A DNA stretch of 29,702 nucleotides from positions 1-29,702 of the forward strand of contig JBBIPG010000023.1 in assembly GCA_037442925.1 (NCBI GenBank), written 5' to 3'. The notes beneath the pieces were generated by a model. That model saw nothing but the letters and a program-made list of their open reading frames with translations, was not told the origin of the DNA and did no database searches. Of the stretch, positions 1-8,568 are shown piece after piece (position 1 is the stretch's first letter; every line of letters starts with the position of its first letter). Made by a program: the position numbers and the translations under genes. This DNA is from Candidatus Fraserbacteria bacterium. Lineage in GTDB: Bacteria; Bipolaricaulota; Bipolaricaulia; RBG-16-55-9.

Positions 1-66
1 CACCTGCTCAGTTGCCAGTTGCATACAGGCCTCGGTAAACTGCAGCAGCTGGGAGGAATTCTTCAT
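1..66 (-). CDS. Probable IS5-family transposase, N-terminal fragment (runs off the window edge)
   Basis: Manual translation from ATG at 66 gives MKNSSQLLQFTEACMQLATEQV. From memory this resembles the N-termini of ISH1-type IS5 transposases (S.LL.F.E.A..LA...V). It lies just inside an IS903-like end. Only 22 aa are visible. Confidence 0.5.
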   Translation of the reverse strand, partial: MKNSSQLLQFTEACMQLATEQV

Positions 67-127
67 TGAGGGTCACCGGCTTACCATAGGCGGTGACTCC
101 TCCCAGCTCAAGGATGTCTACAAAGCC
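1..127 (-). mobile_element. Left end of a putative IS5-family insertion sequence; terminal repeat candidate 112-127
   Basis: The minus strand reads GGCTTTGTAGACATCC from 127, similar to the IS903 terminus GGCTTTGTTG. A transposase-like ORF starts about 60 nt inside. The other end is outside the window. Confidence 0.5.
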
Positions 128-206
128 AAAAACGTTAAAAGCTTATCTCTCTACCCTATTCTAGCCCCCCAATGTCCGATAGATGTGCGATGACGGAAAT
201 GCATCA

Positions 207-235
207 TTGACATGACGGACATAAGAGCCTAAAAT
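207..235 (+). promoter_or_regulatory. Sigma70-type promoter of the antitoxin-toxin pair
   Basis: TTGACA (207-212), 17 nt, TAAAAT (230-235). TGACGGA repeats at 191 and 213 flank or overlap it. Confidence 0.75.
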
Positions 236-271
236 TGGCCATAGAGGCTACGACGGATGCAGAGGAAGGCT

Positions 272-559
272 ATGAATCAAGCGATGACGCTCTATACACC
301 GAAAGAAGTAGCAGCCTTGCTGAAAGTGAGCGAGCGCACGGTGCGCCGCTGGATCGAGGAAGGGAAGCTCTCAGCCCGGCGATTTGGTCGGCAACTGCGC
401 ATTCCCAAAGAAGCTCTCGACACCTTTGGGCAACCGCCGAAGTCTGGGGATCGCGACTGGCTCGCTCTAGCTACCGATAGCTTCGCTAAGGATTGGGAGA
501 ACGAAAAAGACGCTGAGTACGATCGCTGGAGGGAGCATTATGCCATACCAGAAGGGTGA
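272..559 (+). CDS. Excisionase-type HTH protein with an acidic antitoxin-like C-terminal tail (putative antitoxin)
   Basis: YTPKEVAALLKVSERTVRRWIEEGKLSARRFGRQLRI is an Xis/HTH_17 pattern. The tail DWLALATDSFAKDWENEKDAEYD resembles small proteins found upstream of mazF genes. The ORF overlaps the toxin start. ATG 272 follows GAGGAAGG; ATG 257 is an alternative. Confidence 0.75.
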   Translation: MNQAMTLYTPKEVAALLKVSERTVRRWIEEGKLSARRFGRQLRIPKEALDTFGQPPKSGDRDWLALATDSFAKDWENEKDAEYDRWREHYAIPEG

Positions 560-746
560 TGTGGTGCTGGTGCCCTTCCCCTTCAGCGACCTGAGTGCCA
601 CCAAGACGCGCCCGGCGCTGGTGCGGTTTCGGCCGGGCCGGTTGAGCAAGGGCGATTTGGCGGAGGTGGAGCAGCGGCTACGGCGCGCGTTGGACATGCG
701 AAGACGAGCAACTGATCGAAGTCAGCTGCATTCTGTCAACGGATGA
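540..746 (+). pseudogene. mazF: PemK/MazF toxin remnant with an in-frame internal deletion
   Basis: The N-terminal KGDVVLVPFPFSDLSATKTRPALV (typical PemK/MazF) joins directly to the C-terminal helix GRLSKGDLAEVEQRLRRAL. It is 68 aa, against roughly 110 aa for a typical MazF. Confidence 0.75.
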
Positions 747-815
747 GGTGAACGGATTAGCGGATACCTAGGGCGTGGGTCGTGCAATCCGTTAATCCGC
801 TCGTGATCCACTGAC
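735..815. repeat. REP-like imperfect palindrome built from A(A/G)CGGAT units, between convergent genes; possible bidirectional terminator
   Basis: AACGGATTAGCGGAT (751-765) pairs with ATCCGTTAATCCGCT (787-801). Outer arms are GTCAACGGAT (735-744) and ATCCACTGAC (806-815). Confidence 0.6.
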
Positions 816-1655
816 TGATCCCTTGATAAGCGGCAAGAGCGCGCGAATCAGCTTGGCCAAGTCTCTTTCACGCTGCTTCGTCACTTGCAGAACTTCCTCG
901 TGAGTAGGGACGGCATCAGGTTTGACACCCGCCGCCAGGTTCGTCACGCACGAAATCCCCAACACTTCTAGACCACAGTGACGCGCGGCGATTACTTCAG
1001 GCACCGTGGACATCCCCACTATATCTGCGCCCATCATGCGATACGCCCGAATCTCAGCTGGGGTCTCATACATCGGACCCGGTGTGGCCACATAGACACC
1101 CTCTTTGAGGGCAAGTCCAACTTGCGCAGCTGCTTGATGAGCCAGCTTTCTCAGCTTTGGGCTGTAGGCATCGTTGAGGGGCGGAAACCGCGGCCCGAGT
1201 TCTTCCAGATTCTCACCTCGTAGTGGGCTTTCTGGGATCATGTTGATGTGATCGCGGATCAACACGAAATCTCCTACTTGAAAAGCCTCGTTGATCGCGC
1301 CGGCGGCATTTGTGATGATGAGAGTTTTCACACCCACCAGCTTCATCACCCGCACGGGAAAGACGAGTTCGTCCATCGAGCGACCTTCGTAGTAATGAAC
1401 CCGGCCGCGCTGCATAAGCATCTTTTTGCCATCGAGCTCCCCAAAAACGAGTTCACCGGCGTGCCCCTCTACAGTGGGCTTCGGGAAATGAGGGACCTCC
1501 GTCCATGGAAATTTCTGCTCGCCTCTCAGACTTCCCAGGGCTGCCGATAGTCCGGAGCCAAGTACGAGTCCAACCTCTGGATCTTCCTTGAGATATTTTC
1601 CCAGATACGCTGCTGCGGCTTGTAGCTTTCGCCACTCGTCTCGTGCACTCAGCAT
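792..1655 (-). CDS. punA: Purine nucleoside phosphorylase (trimeric PNP-I/PunA type)
   Basis: Motifs LVLGSGL, TVEGHAG, GRVHYYEG, TNAAGAIN, GPMYETPAE, GMSTVPE and VTNLAAG. Start reassigned to ATG 1655 (MLSARDEW), immediately after the disA stop. Confidence 0.93.
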   Translation of the reverse strand: MLSARDEWRKLQAAAAYLGKYLKEDPEVGLVLGSGLSAALGSLRGEQKFPWTEVPHFPKPTVEGHAGELVFGELDGKKMLMQRGRVHYYEGRSMDELVFPVRVMKLVGVKTLIITNAAGAINEAFQVGDFVLIRDHINMIPESPLRGENLEELGPRFPPLNDAYSPKLRKLAHQAAAQVGLALKEGVYVATPGPMYETPAEIRAYRMMGADIVGMSTVPEVIAARHCGLEVLGISCVTNLAAGVKPDAVPTHEEVLQVTKQRERDLAKLIRALLPLIKGSVSGSRAD

Positions 1656-1659
1656 TTCC

Positions 1660-2727
1660 CTACTCCCACAATAAGAGACTGCGCTTGAGCCGTTGCAATC
1701 CCAATCGAATCGCCCGCGCACGCACCTCGGCGACTCCCTTGACCTCCATGAGTTCCTCTTCGGTGGCATCCATGATGCTCTGTAGATCATGGAACACTTC
1801 GACCACGTTTTCGATGACGGAGATCGGAATGCGCGGGATTTGGCTCAGCACACGATACCCCCGCGAGGCGATCGTCACATCCAGAGCCTCCTCTTGTGGC
1901 TCATACCCTAGAGATTCCATGACTTTTTCAGTTGAGAGCAGCTCATCCGGGGAGAGCGAGCGAATCTCCGCAATGATCTTCTCTGGGTCGCGATCGTTCG
2001 CTTGAAAATCGCGGATCACCAACACGAAAGCTTCCCGTACATCCAGCATGAGCCAATCGAGCTGGAGTTCCATGAGTTCTTTCTCCGCACCCAGCTCGAC
2101 GAAGATCTGCTCGATCTCCTCCTCAATGGCCAGCATCTGCACAATCGTCTGGATCAGATTGGCAATGTGGTAGGGTAGCACGCGCTCCTCAAACTCCAGT
2201 GCGGTCAGCTCCCGTGAGAGATCATCAAAGGTGGCTCGGTACTGCTCCAGAATGCGCAAGGCTTGATTGGTTCGTGCCGTCAGCGTGATAATATCCTGCA
2301 AGAGGTGCTTGAAGGGTCCATAGTAGACCGTGACGCGACCCCGACTGGCCGAGATGGCGATGGTTGCCACTGCCAGCTGTCGGGCTACTTTCTCGGCTGT
2401 GAGGTGGCGCGTGCCCGTTTCCTCCGAAGGGATTGCAGGGTCAGGTACAAGATAGGCGTTGGCGTAAAGTATGGTCTGAAGATCTTCATCCAGGACGATA
2501 GCACGGTCCATCTTCGAGAGTTCTACCAGTCTCTGCGGCGTCAGTTTCGTGCGCAATTCGAAGCCGCTTCGCACCACCGTCTGGGCTTTCTCCTCGTTGG
2601 CAATCACCAGAAGTCCCCCACGCCGTAGATCAACGATATTATTGATTGCCTCTCGCAGAGGAGTCCCCGGCGCTGTGGCCTTGAGGATCTTAAGCAGGGC
2701 TTCGTCTTTGTATCGGGTGCTGGCCAT
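1660..2727 (-). CDS. disA: DNA integrity scanning protein DisA (DAC domain, linker, HhH) with atypical catalytic motifs
   Basis: TAPGTPLREAI, ELSKMDRAIVL, LVPDPAIPSEETGTRHLTAE, RGYRVLSQIPRIP and the HhH motif EELMEVKGVAEVRA. Canonical position after radA. Confidence 0.92.
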   Translation of the reverse strand: MASTRYKDEALLKILKATAPGTPLREAINNIVDLRRGGLLVIANEEKAQTVVRSGFELRTKLTPQRLVELSKMDRAIVLDEDLQTILYANAYLVPDPAIPSEETGTRHLTAEKVARQLAVATIAISASRGRVTVYYGPFKHLLQDIITLTARTNQALRILEQYRATFDDLSRELTALEFEERVLPYHIANLIQTIVQMLAIEEEIEQIFVELGAEKELMELQLDWLMLDVREAFVLVIRDFQANDRDPEKIIAEIRSLSPDELLSTEKVMESLGYEPQEEALDVTIASRGYRVLSQIPRIPISVIENVVEVFHDLQSIMDATEEELMEVKGVAEVRARAIRLGLQRLKRSLLLWE

Positions 2728-2733
2728 AGGGGA

Positions 2734-4065
2734 TCACGAGAGTCCCAAGGACCGAATCGCTTCCTCAATGCCCGTGGCCGAGAGCACTTCCAAGCCCAAG
2801 CCATCCATGCCCTCATGGCTTGGGACCACAGCTCGCCGATACCCTAGCTTGGCAGCCTCAGTGAGCCGTTCCTTGAGCTTGCGTACTCTTCTTAGCTCTC
2901 CCAATAATCCCAACTCGCCCATGACAACCGTATCCGGATCGATGGCCTGCTCCTGGTAGCTCGAAACCACAGCCACAGCAATCCCGAGGTCGATGGCAGG
3001 CTCCCGCAAGGTCAGGCCCCCCGCCACGTTCAGATAGACATCGTCTTGGCTGATGTGCAAGCCGAGGCGTTTCTCCACGACGGCCAAGAGCAAGGCCACT
3101 CGATTATAGTCTAGCCCAGTAGCTCGCCGTTGAGGCATCGTGGCGCGGGACGAAGTCACCAAGGCTTGGATCTCAACCAGAATTGGCCTCGTGCCTTCCA
3201 GGCTGGGCACGATGGCCGAGCCGGGTTTCGCCACTCCCGTCCGCTCCGTAAAGAACGCCGAAGGATTGACGATCTCTTGCAAGCCCGCCTCGCCCATTTG
3301 GAAGACACCGATCTCTTCTGTAGAGCCATAGCGATTCTTGACGGCCCGTAGAATTCGTATGTCACTATCTCGTCCGCCTTCAAGATAGAGGGCCACATCC
3401 ACGAGGTGCTCGATCGCTTTGGGTCCGGCAAACTCCCCGCTCTTCGTGATGTGCCCAATGAGATAGACGGGGATGTTCTCGGATTTGGCCAACTGGCTCA
3501 GCTGAAACGCGGCTTCACCCACTTGCTGGGTTGTCCCCAAGCCCTCTTTCATCGGGCTGGAGAAGACGGTTTGAATCGAATCCACAATGAGAGTGGACGC
3601 GGGTGCTTCACGAGCCGCTGCACAGACTGCGCTCAAACGCTGCTCATTGAGCACCCAGAGATTCTTCTCTCCCGCCAACCCCAATCGCTGGGCGCGCAAC
3701 TTGATTTGCGTCGGAGCCTCTTCGCCTGACACATAGAGCACGGGTGTCTTCGCGCTGCGTGCGAGGCGGCCTGCGGCCTCGAGCATGAGGGTGCTTTTCC
3801 CAATGCCCGGTTCGCCCCCGATGAGAACGGTAGAGCCAAAGAGCGCGCCACCGCCAAGAATCCGATCGAACTCGCTGATCCCCGTGGGGCAACGCCCTCC
3901 CGACTCCAAAGGGATTGCGACGATGGATTGAGGAGAAGCGGGAGGGAAGGCGCTGGATGCGAGATCGGATTGGATCTCTACGAAGCTATCCCACTCTCCA
4001 CACTGCGGACAGCGGCCCAGCCACTTGGGAGACTGATATCCGCAGTCACGGCAGCGGTAATACAT
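2734..4065 (-). CDS. radA: DNA repair protein RadA/Sms
   Basis: C4 zinc finger (CRDCG...GRCPQC), Walker A GEPGIGKST, VDSIQT, KNRYG motif and a Lon-like C-terminal domain. Confidence 0.96.
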   Translation of the reverse strand: MYYRCRDCGYQSPKWLGRCPQCGEWDSFVEIQSDLASSAFPPASPQSIVAIPLESGGRCPTGISEFDRILGGGALFGSTVLIGGEPGIGKSTLMLEAAGRLARSAKTPVLYVSGEEAPTQIKLRAQRLGLAGEKNLWVLNEQRLSAVCAAAREAPASTLIVDSIQTVFSSPMKEGLGTTQQVGEAAFQLSQLAKSENIPVYLIGHITKSGEFAGPKAIEHLVDVALYLEGGRDSDIRILRAVKNRYGSTEEIGVFQMGEAGLQEIVNPSAFFTERTGVAKPGSAIVPSLEGTRPILVEIQALVTSSRATMPQRRATGLDYNRVALLLAVVEKRLGLHISQDDVYLNVAGGLTLREPAIDLGIAVAVVSSYQEQAIDPDTVVMGELGLLGELRRVRKLKERLTEAAKLGYRRAVVPSHEGMDGLGLEVLSATGIEEAIRSLGLS

Positions 4066-6521
4066 TATGGGGATTCGGAGTGAATCGCTTTCTCTTCAGT
4101 CTGCTTCTCGATGTGGAGCGTACCCGCTTCGGCTCGAATGATGATCCGATCTCCTTTGGTGATCGTGCCTTCGAGGATCTTGTCCGAGACGGGATTCTCG
4201 ACGAGCTTCTCGAGCGTGCGTCGGAGCGGTCTGGCTCCATACTTGGCGTCGAATCCTTGCTCGATGAGCAGCTGTTTGGCTTCGGGGGTGATCTGGATGC
4301 GGATTTCCCGCTCGGCAAGCCGTTGCTCTAGTTCCACGATCATGAGGTTGGCAATGGCGTCGACTTCCTTCTGGGAGAGGGGCTGGAAGACGATGATGTC
4401 GTCCAAGCGGTTTAAGAACTCCGGGCGGAAGACCTCCTTGACTTCGCTCATCACGCGGCTGCGCATCTCTTGATAACTTAGAAGGCTTCCGGTTGCTTCG
4501 CTCGTGCTGGCACCGAATCCCAGAGAAGTGCGGTCGGTGATCATCTTGCTGCCGATGTTCGAAGTCATGATGAGCACGGTGTTGCGAAAATCCACCCGTC
4601 GTCCCTGCGCGTCCGTCAGCACGCCGTCGTCCATGACTTGCAAGAGGATGTTAAAGACGTCGCGGTGAGCCTTTTCGATCTCGTCGAAGAGGATGACGGA
4701 GTACGGCCTGCGGCGCACGGCTTCGGTGAGTTCGCCTGCTTCGTCATAGCCCACATAGCCCGGCGGCGCTCCGATGAGCCGGGAGATGGCGAAGCGCTCC
4801 ATGTACTCGCTCATGTCGATCCGCACCATCGCTTCTTCGTCTCCGAAGAGGAACTCGGCCAGAATCTTGGCGAGATACGTCTTGCCCACACCCGTTGGCC
4901 CTAAGAACAAGAAACTGCCGATCGGGCGCTTGGGATCCTTGACGCCGGCGTAGGCGCGCCGTACGGCACGGGCGAGCGAGGCAATGGCTTCCTCCTGATT
5001 GACGTAATGCTTGTGAACCTCATGCTCCATGAAGAGCACCCGCTTCGATTCCTCCATCTTCATGTGCCCAACGGGCACACCCGTCCAGACGGAAGCCATG
5101 GCCGCAATGTCATCCGCGGTGACAACCCCTTCATACTCGCGGAACTCCTGGCGCAGTTCCGTGAGTCTCTCGCGCAATTCATCCTGTCGATCGCGTAGCT
5201 GAGCAGCTCGCTCGTAGTTCTGTTCTCGTGCTGCCTGTTCCTCTTGCTCCATGAGCGTCCGCAATTCGTCTTCGAGCGCGCGAATCTCCGGGGAGGGTGC
5301 CGTGCTCTGCAGCTTGATCTTAGCAGCCGTCTCATCGATGAGGTCGATGGCCATGTCCGGCAGGAAGTGATCGCTGATGTAGCGATCGGAGAGCTTGGCT
5401 GCGGCCCAAAGGGCCTCCTCCGTGATCTTGACCCGGTGGTGGGCTTCATAGCGCGGTTTCAGTCCCTTGAGGATTTGTACCGTCTCCACGATGGAAGGTT
5501 CTTCAATGAGGATCTTCTTGAAGCGCCGTTCGAGCGCCGGATCTTTCTCGATGTACTTGCGATACTCGTCAAGGGTCGCTGTGCCAATGCACTGGATGAG
5601 TCCCGACGCGAGCGGCGGTTTGAGAATGGAGGAGGCATCGATCGCACCCTCCGCGCCGCCAGCGCCCACCACCGTATGCAGTTCGTCAATGAATAGAATC
5701 ACGTTTCCGTCCTCGACGACTTGGTTGACCAGTGTCTTTAGTCGCTGCTCGAACTCTCCGCGGTATTTGGTGCCTGCCACCATGGAAGCCATGTCTAGCT
5801 CAACGATCTCTTTATTGAGAAGGGGAGCCGGCACATCTCCTGCGGCGATCCGTTGGGCGAGCCCTTCGACGATGGCCGTCTTACCGACACCGGGCTCACC
5901 GATGATCGCCGGGTTGTTCTTCTTGCGTCGGGAGAGTGTCTGAATGATCTGGCCAATCTCCTTCTCGCGGCCAATCACCGGGTCGAGACGACCCTCGCGG
6001 GCTTCTCCCACGAGACTTCGGCCAAATTCCAGGGATTTCCAACGCTTCTCCTCGCGGCGCGTCCGACTGCCCATCAAACTGCGCTCCGCAGGGGAAAGAT
6101 ACCTCCTTACTTTCTGTGCATCGATGTTGAACCGTCGCAAGATCTGAGTGGCAACGCTCTCCCCTTCCTCCAACAAGGCGAGCAAGAGATGCTCGGAGTT
6201 AATAAGCGAATAGCCGTAGCGGCGTGCTTCGTCATAGGCAATTTGAATGATGCGTTTGAGTTGCGGGGTGGGTCGTAGTTCGGAACTGGCGAATCGTGAA
6301 TCTCCTTGACCGATCTCTTTCTCGATCTCGCGCGCGACCCGAGGGTAGGTCACCCCATTGATCTCCAAGAACCGGTAGACACCGCTTCCCTTAAGCTTCG
6401 TGAAGGCCAAAAGCAGGTGCTCGGTTCCGACGTAATCGTGCTTCCAACTCTCGGCCTCTTGAGTGGCAAACCCCATGATCTGTTGCGCTTCCCGCGAGAA
6501 CAGATCATACATATCGTTCAT
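4065..6521 (-). CDS. clpC: ATP-dependent Clp protease ATP-binding subunit ClpC
   Basis: Two Clp-N repeats (GTEHLLL, NSEHLLL), NBD1 GEPGVGKT, a UVR coiled coil ([12 protein letters not shown]), NBD2 GPTGVGKT and a ClpP-docking LGF loop. Confidence 0.96.
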   Translation of the reverse strand: MNDMYDLFSREAQQIMGFATQEAESWKHDYVGTEHLLLAFTKLKGSGVYRFLEINGVTYPRVAREIEKEIGQGDSRFASSELRPTPQLKRIIQIAYDEARRYGYSLINSEHLLLALLEEGESVATQILRRFNIDAQKVRRYLSPAERSLMGSRTRREEKRWKSLEFGRSLVGEAREGRLDPVIGREKEIGQIIQTLSRRKKNNPAIIGEPGVGKTAIVEGLAQRIAAGDVPAPLLNKEIVELDMASMVAGTKYRGEFEQRLKTLVNQVVEDGNVILFIDELHTVVGAGGAEGAIDASSILKPPLASGLIQCIGTATLDEYRKYIEKDPALERRFKKILIEEPSIVETVQILKGLKPRYEAHHRVKITEEALWAAAKLSDRYISDHFLPDMAIDLIDETAAKIKLQSTAPSPEIRALEDELRTLMEQEEQAAREQNYERAAQLRDRQDELRERLTELRQEFREYEGVVTADDIAAMASVWTGVPVGHMKMEESKRVLFMEHEVHKHYVNQEEAIASLARAVRRAYAGVKDPKRPIGSFLFLGPTGVGKTYLAKILAEFLFGDEEAMVRIDMSEYMERFAISRLIGAPPGYVGYDEAGELTEAVRRRPYSVILFDEIEKAHRDVFNILLQVMDDGVLTDAQGRRVDFRNTVLIMTSNIGSKMITDRTSLGFGASTSEATGSLLSYQEMRSRVMSEVKEVFRPEFLNRLDDIIVFQPLSQKEVDAIANLMIVELEQRLAEREIRIQITPEAKQLLIEQGFDAKYGARPLRRTLEKLVENPVSDKILEGTITKGDRIIIRAEAGTLHIEKQTEEKAIHSESP

Positions 6522-6571
6522 GGCCGGACCACTCCCTCATCATGACATTCTGTCCTGACGTGACCGCTCGC

Positions 6572-6600
6572 ATTATAGAGAGGTCCAAAAACACTGTCAA
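6572..6600 (-). promoter_or_regulatory. Perfect-consensus sigma70 promoter of the clpC-radA-disA-punA operon
   Basis: Minus strand TTGACA (6600-6595), 17 nt, TATAAT (6577-6572). Confidence 0.85.
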
Positions 6601-6687
6601 GGAACTGCTGTACCGTAGCGTCCTCTCCATTTCTCATGCTGGGGGAGGCTCTGGTATGATAACATGACCAAAGCACAAGGGGGTTCT

Positions 6688-7269
6688 ATGAGAGCGGTCG
6701 GGAGTCGTCTGATGCTGGCACTGCTATGCATGAGCTTCATCACTGGCATCACGGGGTGTTTTCTAAACGTCTTTCAAGCGGCAGATACGGTCGATCCGGG
6801 AGCATTCGTCTTCTGGTCTGGACTGGGAACGTTACTCAGTTCATCGCTTCAGTTTGAAGGATTGGCCCCTCAGCTACACGTGCGATACGGCCTGACCCCT
6901 CGGCTGGACATCGGCCTAGGGAGTGGGGTTTCCGTCGACAAAGACTTCCAAGCGCAGTTTCTGGGAGTCATGGGAGATCTACGCTATCAGTTGAATGCCT
7001 CTCCGGCGATTTCCATAGGGATGACGTCGGGCAATTTCCCCTGGGGAGACGTCCTCAGTGGGGGGGCTGTCTACGTGAGTCAAGGCTTTGGCGCCTTGAC
7101 TCCTTATGGCGTCTATCGCTTCTGGTTTCTCCTCGAGGGAGGAGCTCTGGGATTCAGCCATCAAGTGACCCTCGGCGTGGAGATCTTCAATCGCCCTCGA
7201 ATGCCAGCAATCTTTGAGGCCACCTGGCGAGACGGACGCTTCCTGTTGGGGTTTGCTCTTCGCTTATAA
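6688..7269 (+). CDS. Hypothetical exported protein; possible lipoprotein or outer-membrane beta-barrel
   Basis: Hydrophobic signal ending ITGC (lipobox-like), alternating Gly/aromatic beta-strand pattern and C-terminal FLLGFALRL. ATG 6688 follows AAGGGGG; ATG 6664 is an alternative. Confidence 0.6.
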   Translation: MRAVGSRLMLALLCMSFITGITGCFLNVFQAADTVDPGAFVFWSGLGTLLSSSLQFEGLAPQLHVRYGLTPRLDIGLGSGVSVDKDFQAQFLGVMGDLRYQLNASPAISIGMTSGNFPWGDVLSGGAVYVSQGFGALTPYGVYRFWFLLEGGALGFSHQVTLGVEIFNRPRMPAIFEATWRDGRFLLGFALRL

Positions 7270-7338
7270 CAACCCCATGAATGATCGTGTGCTCGCAGGT
7301 CTGCTGCTGGGTACAGTGCCTGGCCATGGTGCAATGAG

Positions 7339-8454
7339 TCACTCCCGCGCCAGCACCCGCCAGAGCACGCTGTAGTTGCCTTCCGGATTCCAGAAGAGAT
7401 AGCCAGTAAAACCCAGTTCTCGCGCCGCCCGGATCTGCTCCATAATATATTGCTCTTGCGTCATGCCCGTAGGCAAGCGCAACTCAAAGGCCTGTAAGAA
7501 AGGCCTCATTCTCAGCTCGCGCTTAAGACCACTCTCCAAACTGAGCTGGATCGTCCCATAGGGATCATCCCAGTAGCGTTCGCTCTCGTAATGCGACGGA
7601 TAGACCATGGGCGAGAGCACATCGACATAGGGCATCAAGTCCTCCAAAGACTGGCCAATGGGGTCGATCTTCTTCGTGTTCCACTCCCACAGCGTCCGCC
7701 CAAATACGTCGGCGGAGAGATTGATTTTCTGATGCAATCTCTCATGCGCCTGTCTCACGAAGTCGGCGATGGCCATATAGCGTGCTTGATAGCTGCCTTG
7801 AAGTTTTCCATCATCAGGATAGCGAATGTAGTCGAATTGGATCTCGTCGAAACCCGCAGCCGCCGCCTCTTCGGCAATGGCCAGATTGTAGGCAACAGCA
7901 CGCGGGTCTGAGGGGTAGACCCAAGGTGCAATACGGCTTTTCACATGGGCTGCCAACTTCGGGTCATAGAAGACGACTTGGCGGGCGATCACGTACAGAC
8001 CGCGTTCTTGGAGACGGCTCACGAGCGTCTGTAAATCCAGGCGGACTTCGCGCGCGCCGATGGTCCGCGCCAGGGGGATCTGTGTATCGTATGCCACAAT
8101 GCCACTGTTATCCTTGATGTCGATCACAACCGCATTGAGACCATGTTGCAGGGATTGCTCTACAAGCTCATCGAGACGATCGCGCCGCGCGGCGATGTTC
8201 GATGTCAGGTAGATGCCGCGGCGTCCCTGCCAATCGGCGCGCGGAGTCACTGCTGGCTTCTCGTTCCGCTTCCCAGCAGATTCTTCGTTTCGCCCCCCGC
8301 TTCCTAAGGGGATGGCTTCGAGAAAGAGCAGATTGCCCGTCAGCAGGGCAACTACAGCCAACATTATAAGCAACCAGAGTCGTCTTCGGGATTGGCGCTT
8401 ACGACGTGGAGTTGAGAGTTTGCCTGCGGGGTATCGATCACGAGAGAAGAGCAT
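7339..8454 (-). CDS. Membrane-anchored putative glycoside hydrolase (DUF4015-like TIM barrel)
   Basis: N-terminal TM segment; RGIYLT, NAVVIDIKD, GFDEIQFDYIRYP, SADVFG, IGQ and SPMVYPSHY motifs. Confidence 0.8.
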   Translation of the reverse strand: MLFSRDRYPAGKLSTPRRKRQSRRRLWLLIMLAVVALLTGNLLFLEAIPLGSGGRNEESAGKRNEKPAVTPRADWQGRRGIYLTSNIAARRDRLDELVEQSLQHGLNAVVIDIKDNSGIVAYDTQIPLARTIGAREVRLDLQTLVSRLQERGLYVIARQVVFYDPKLAAHVKSRIAPWVYPSDPRAVAYNLAIAEEAAAAGFDEIQFDYIRYPDDGKLQGSYQARYMAIADFVRQAHERLHQKINLSADVFGRTLWEWNTKKIDPIGQSLEDLMPYVDVLSPMVYPSHYESERYWDDPYGTIQLSLESGLKRELRMRPFLQAFELRLPTGMTQEQYIMEQIRAARELGFTGYLFWNPEGNYSVLWRVLARE

Positions 8455-8568
8455 GGCGTGTACTCTAACTGCTGCCTTGCATTTTCAACAAGGCCGGGTG
8501 TCTGTCATTCCAGAGGAGAAATGTCTGAATCCAGAAGGGACAAAGCCTAGAGCAGGGAGGAAGAGGTT

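Noticed and set aside
272..559. Excisionase indicating a prophage or integrative element
   Set aside because: No integrase, att site or phage genes in the window; the context is a TA pair.
1656..1790. N-terminal extension of PNP in the ORF track
   Set aside because: It overlaps the disA 3' end; homology and the RBS point to ATG 1655.
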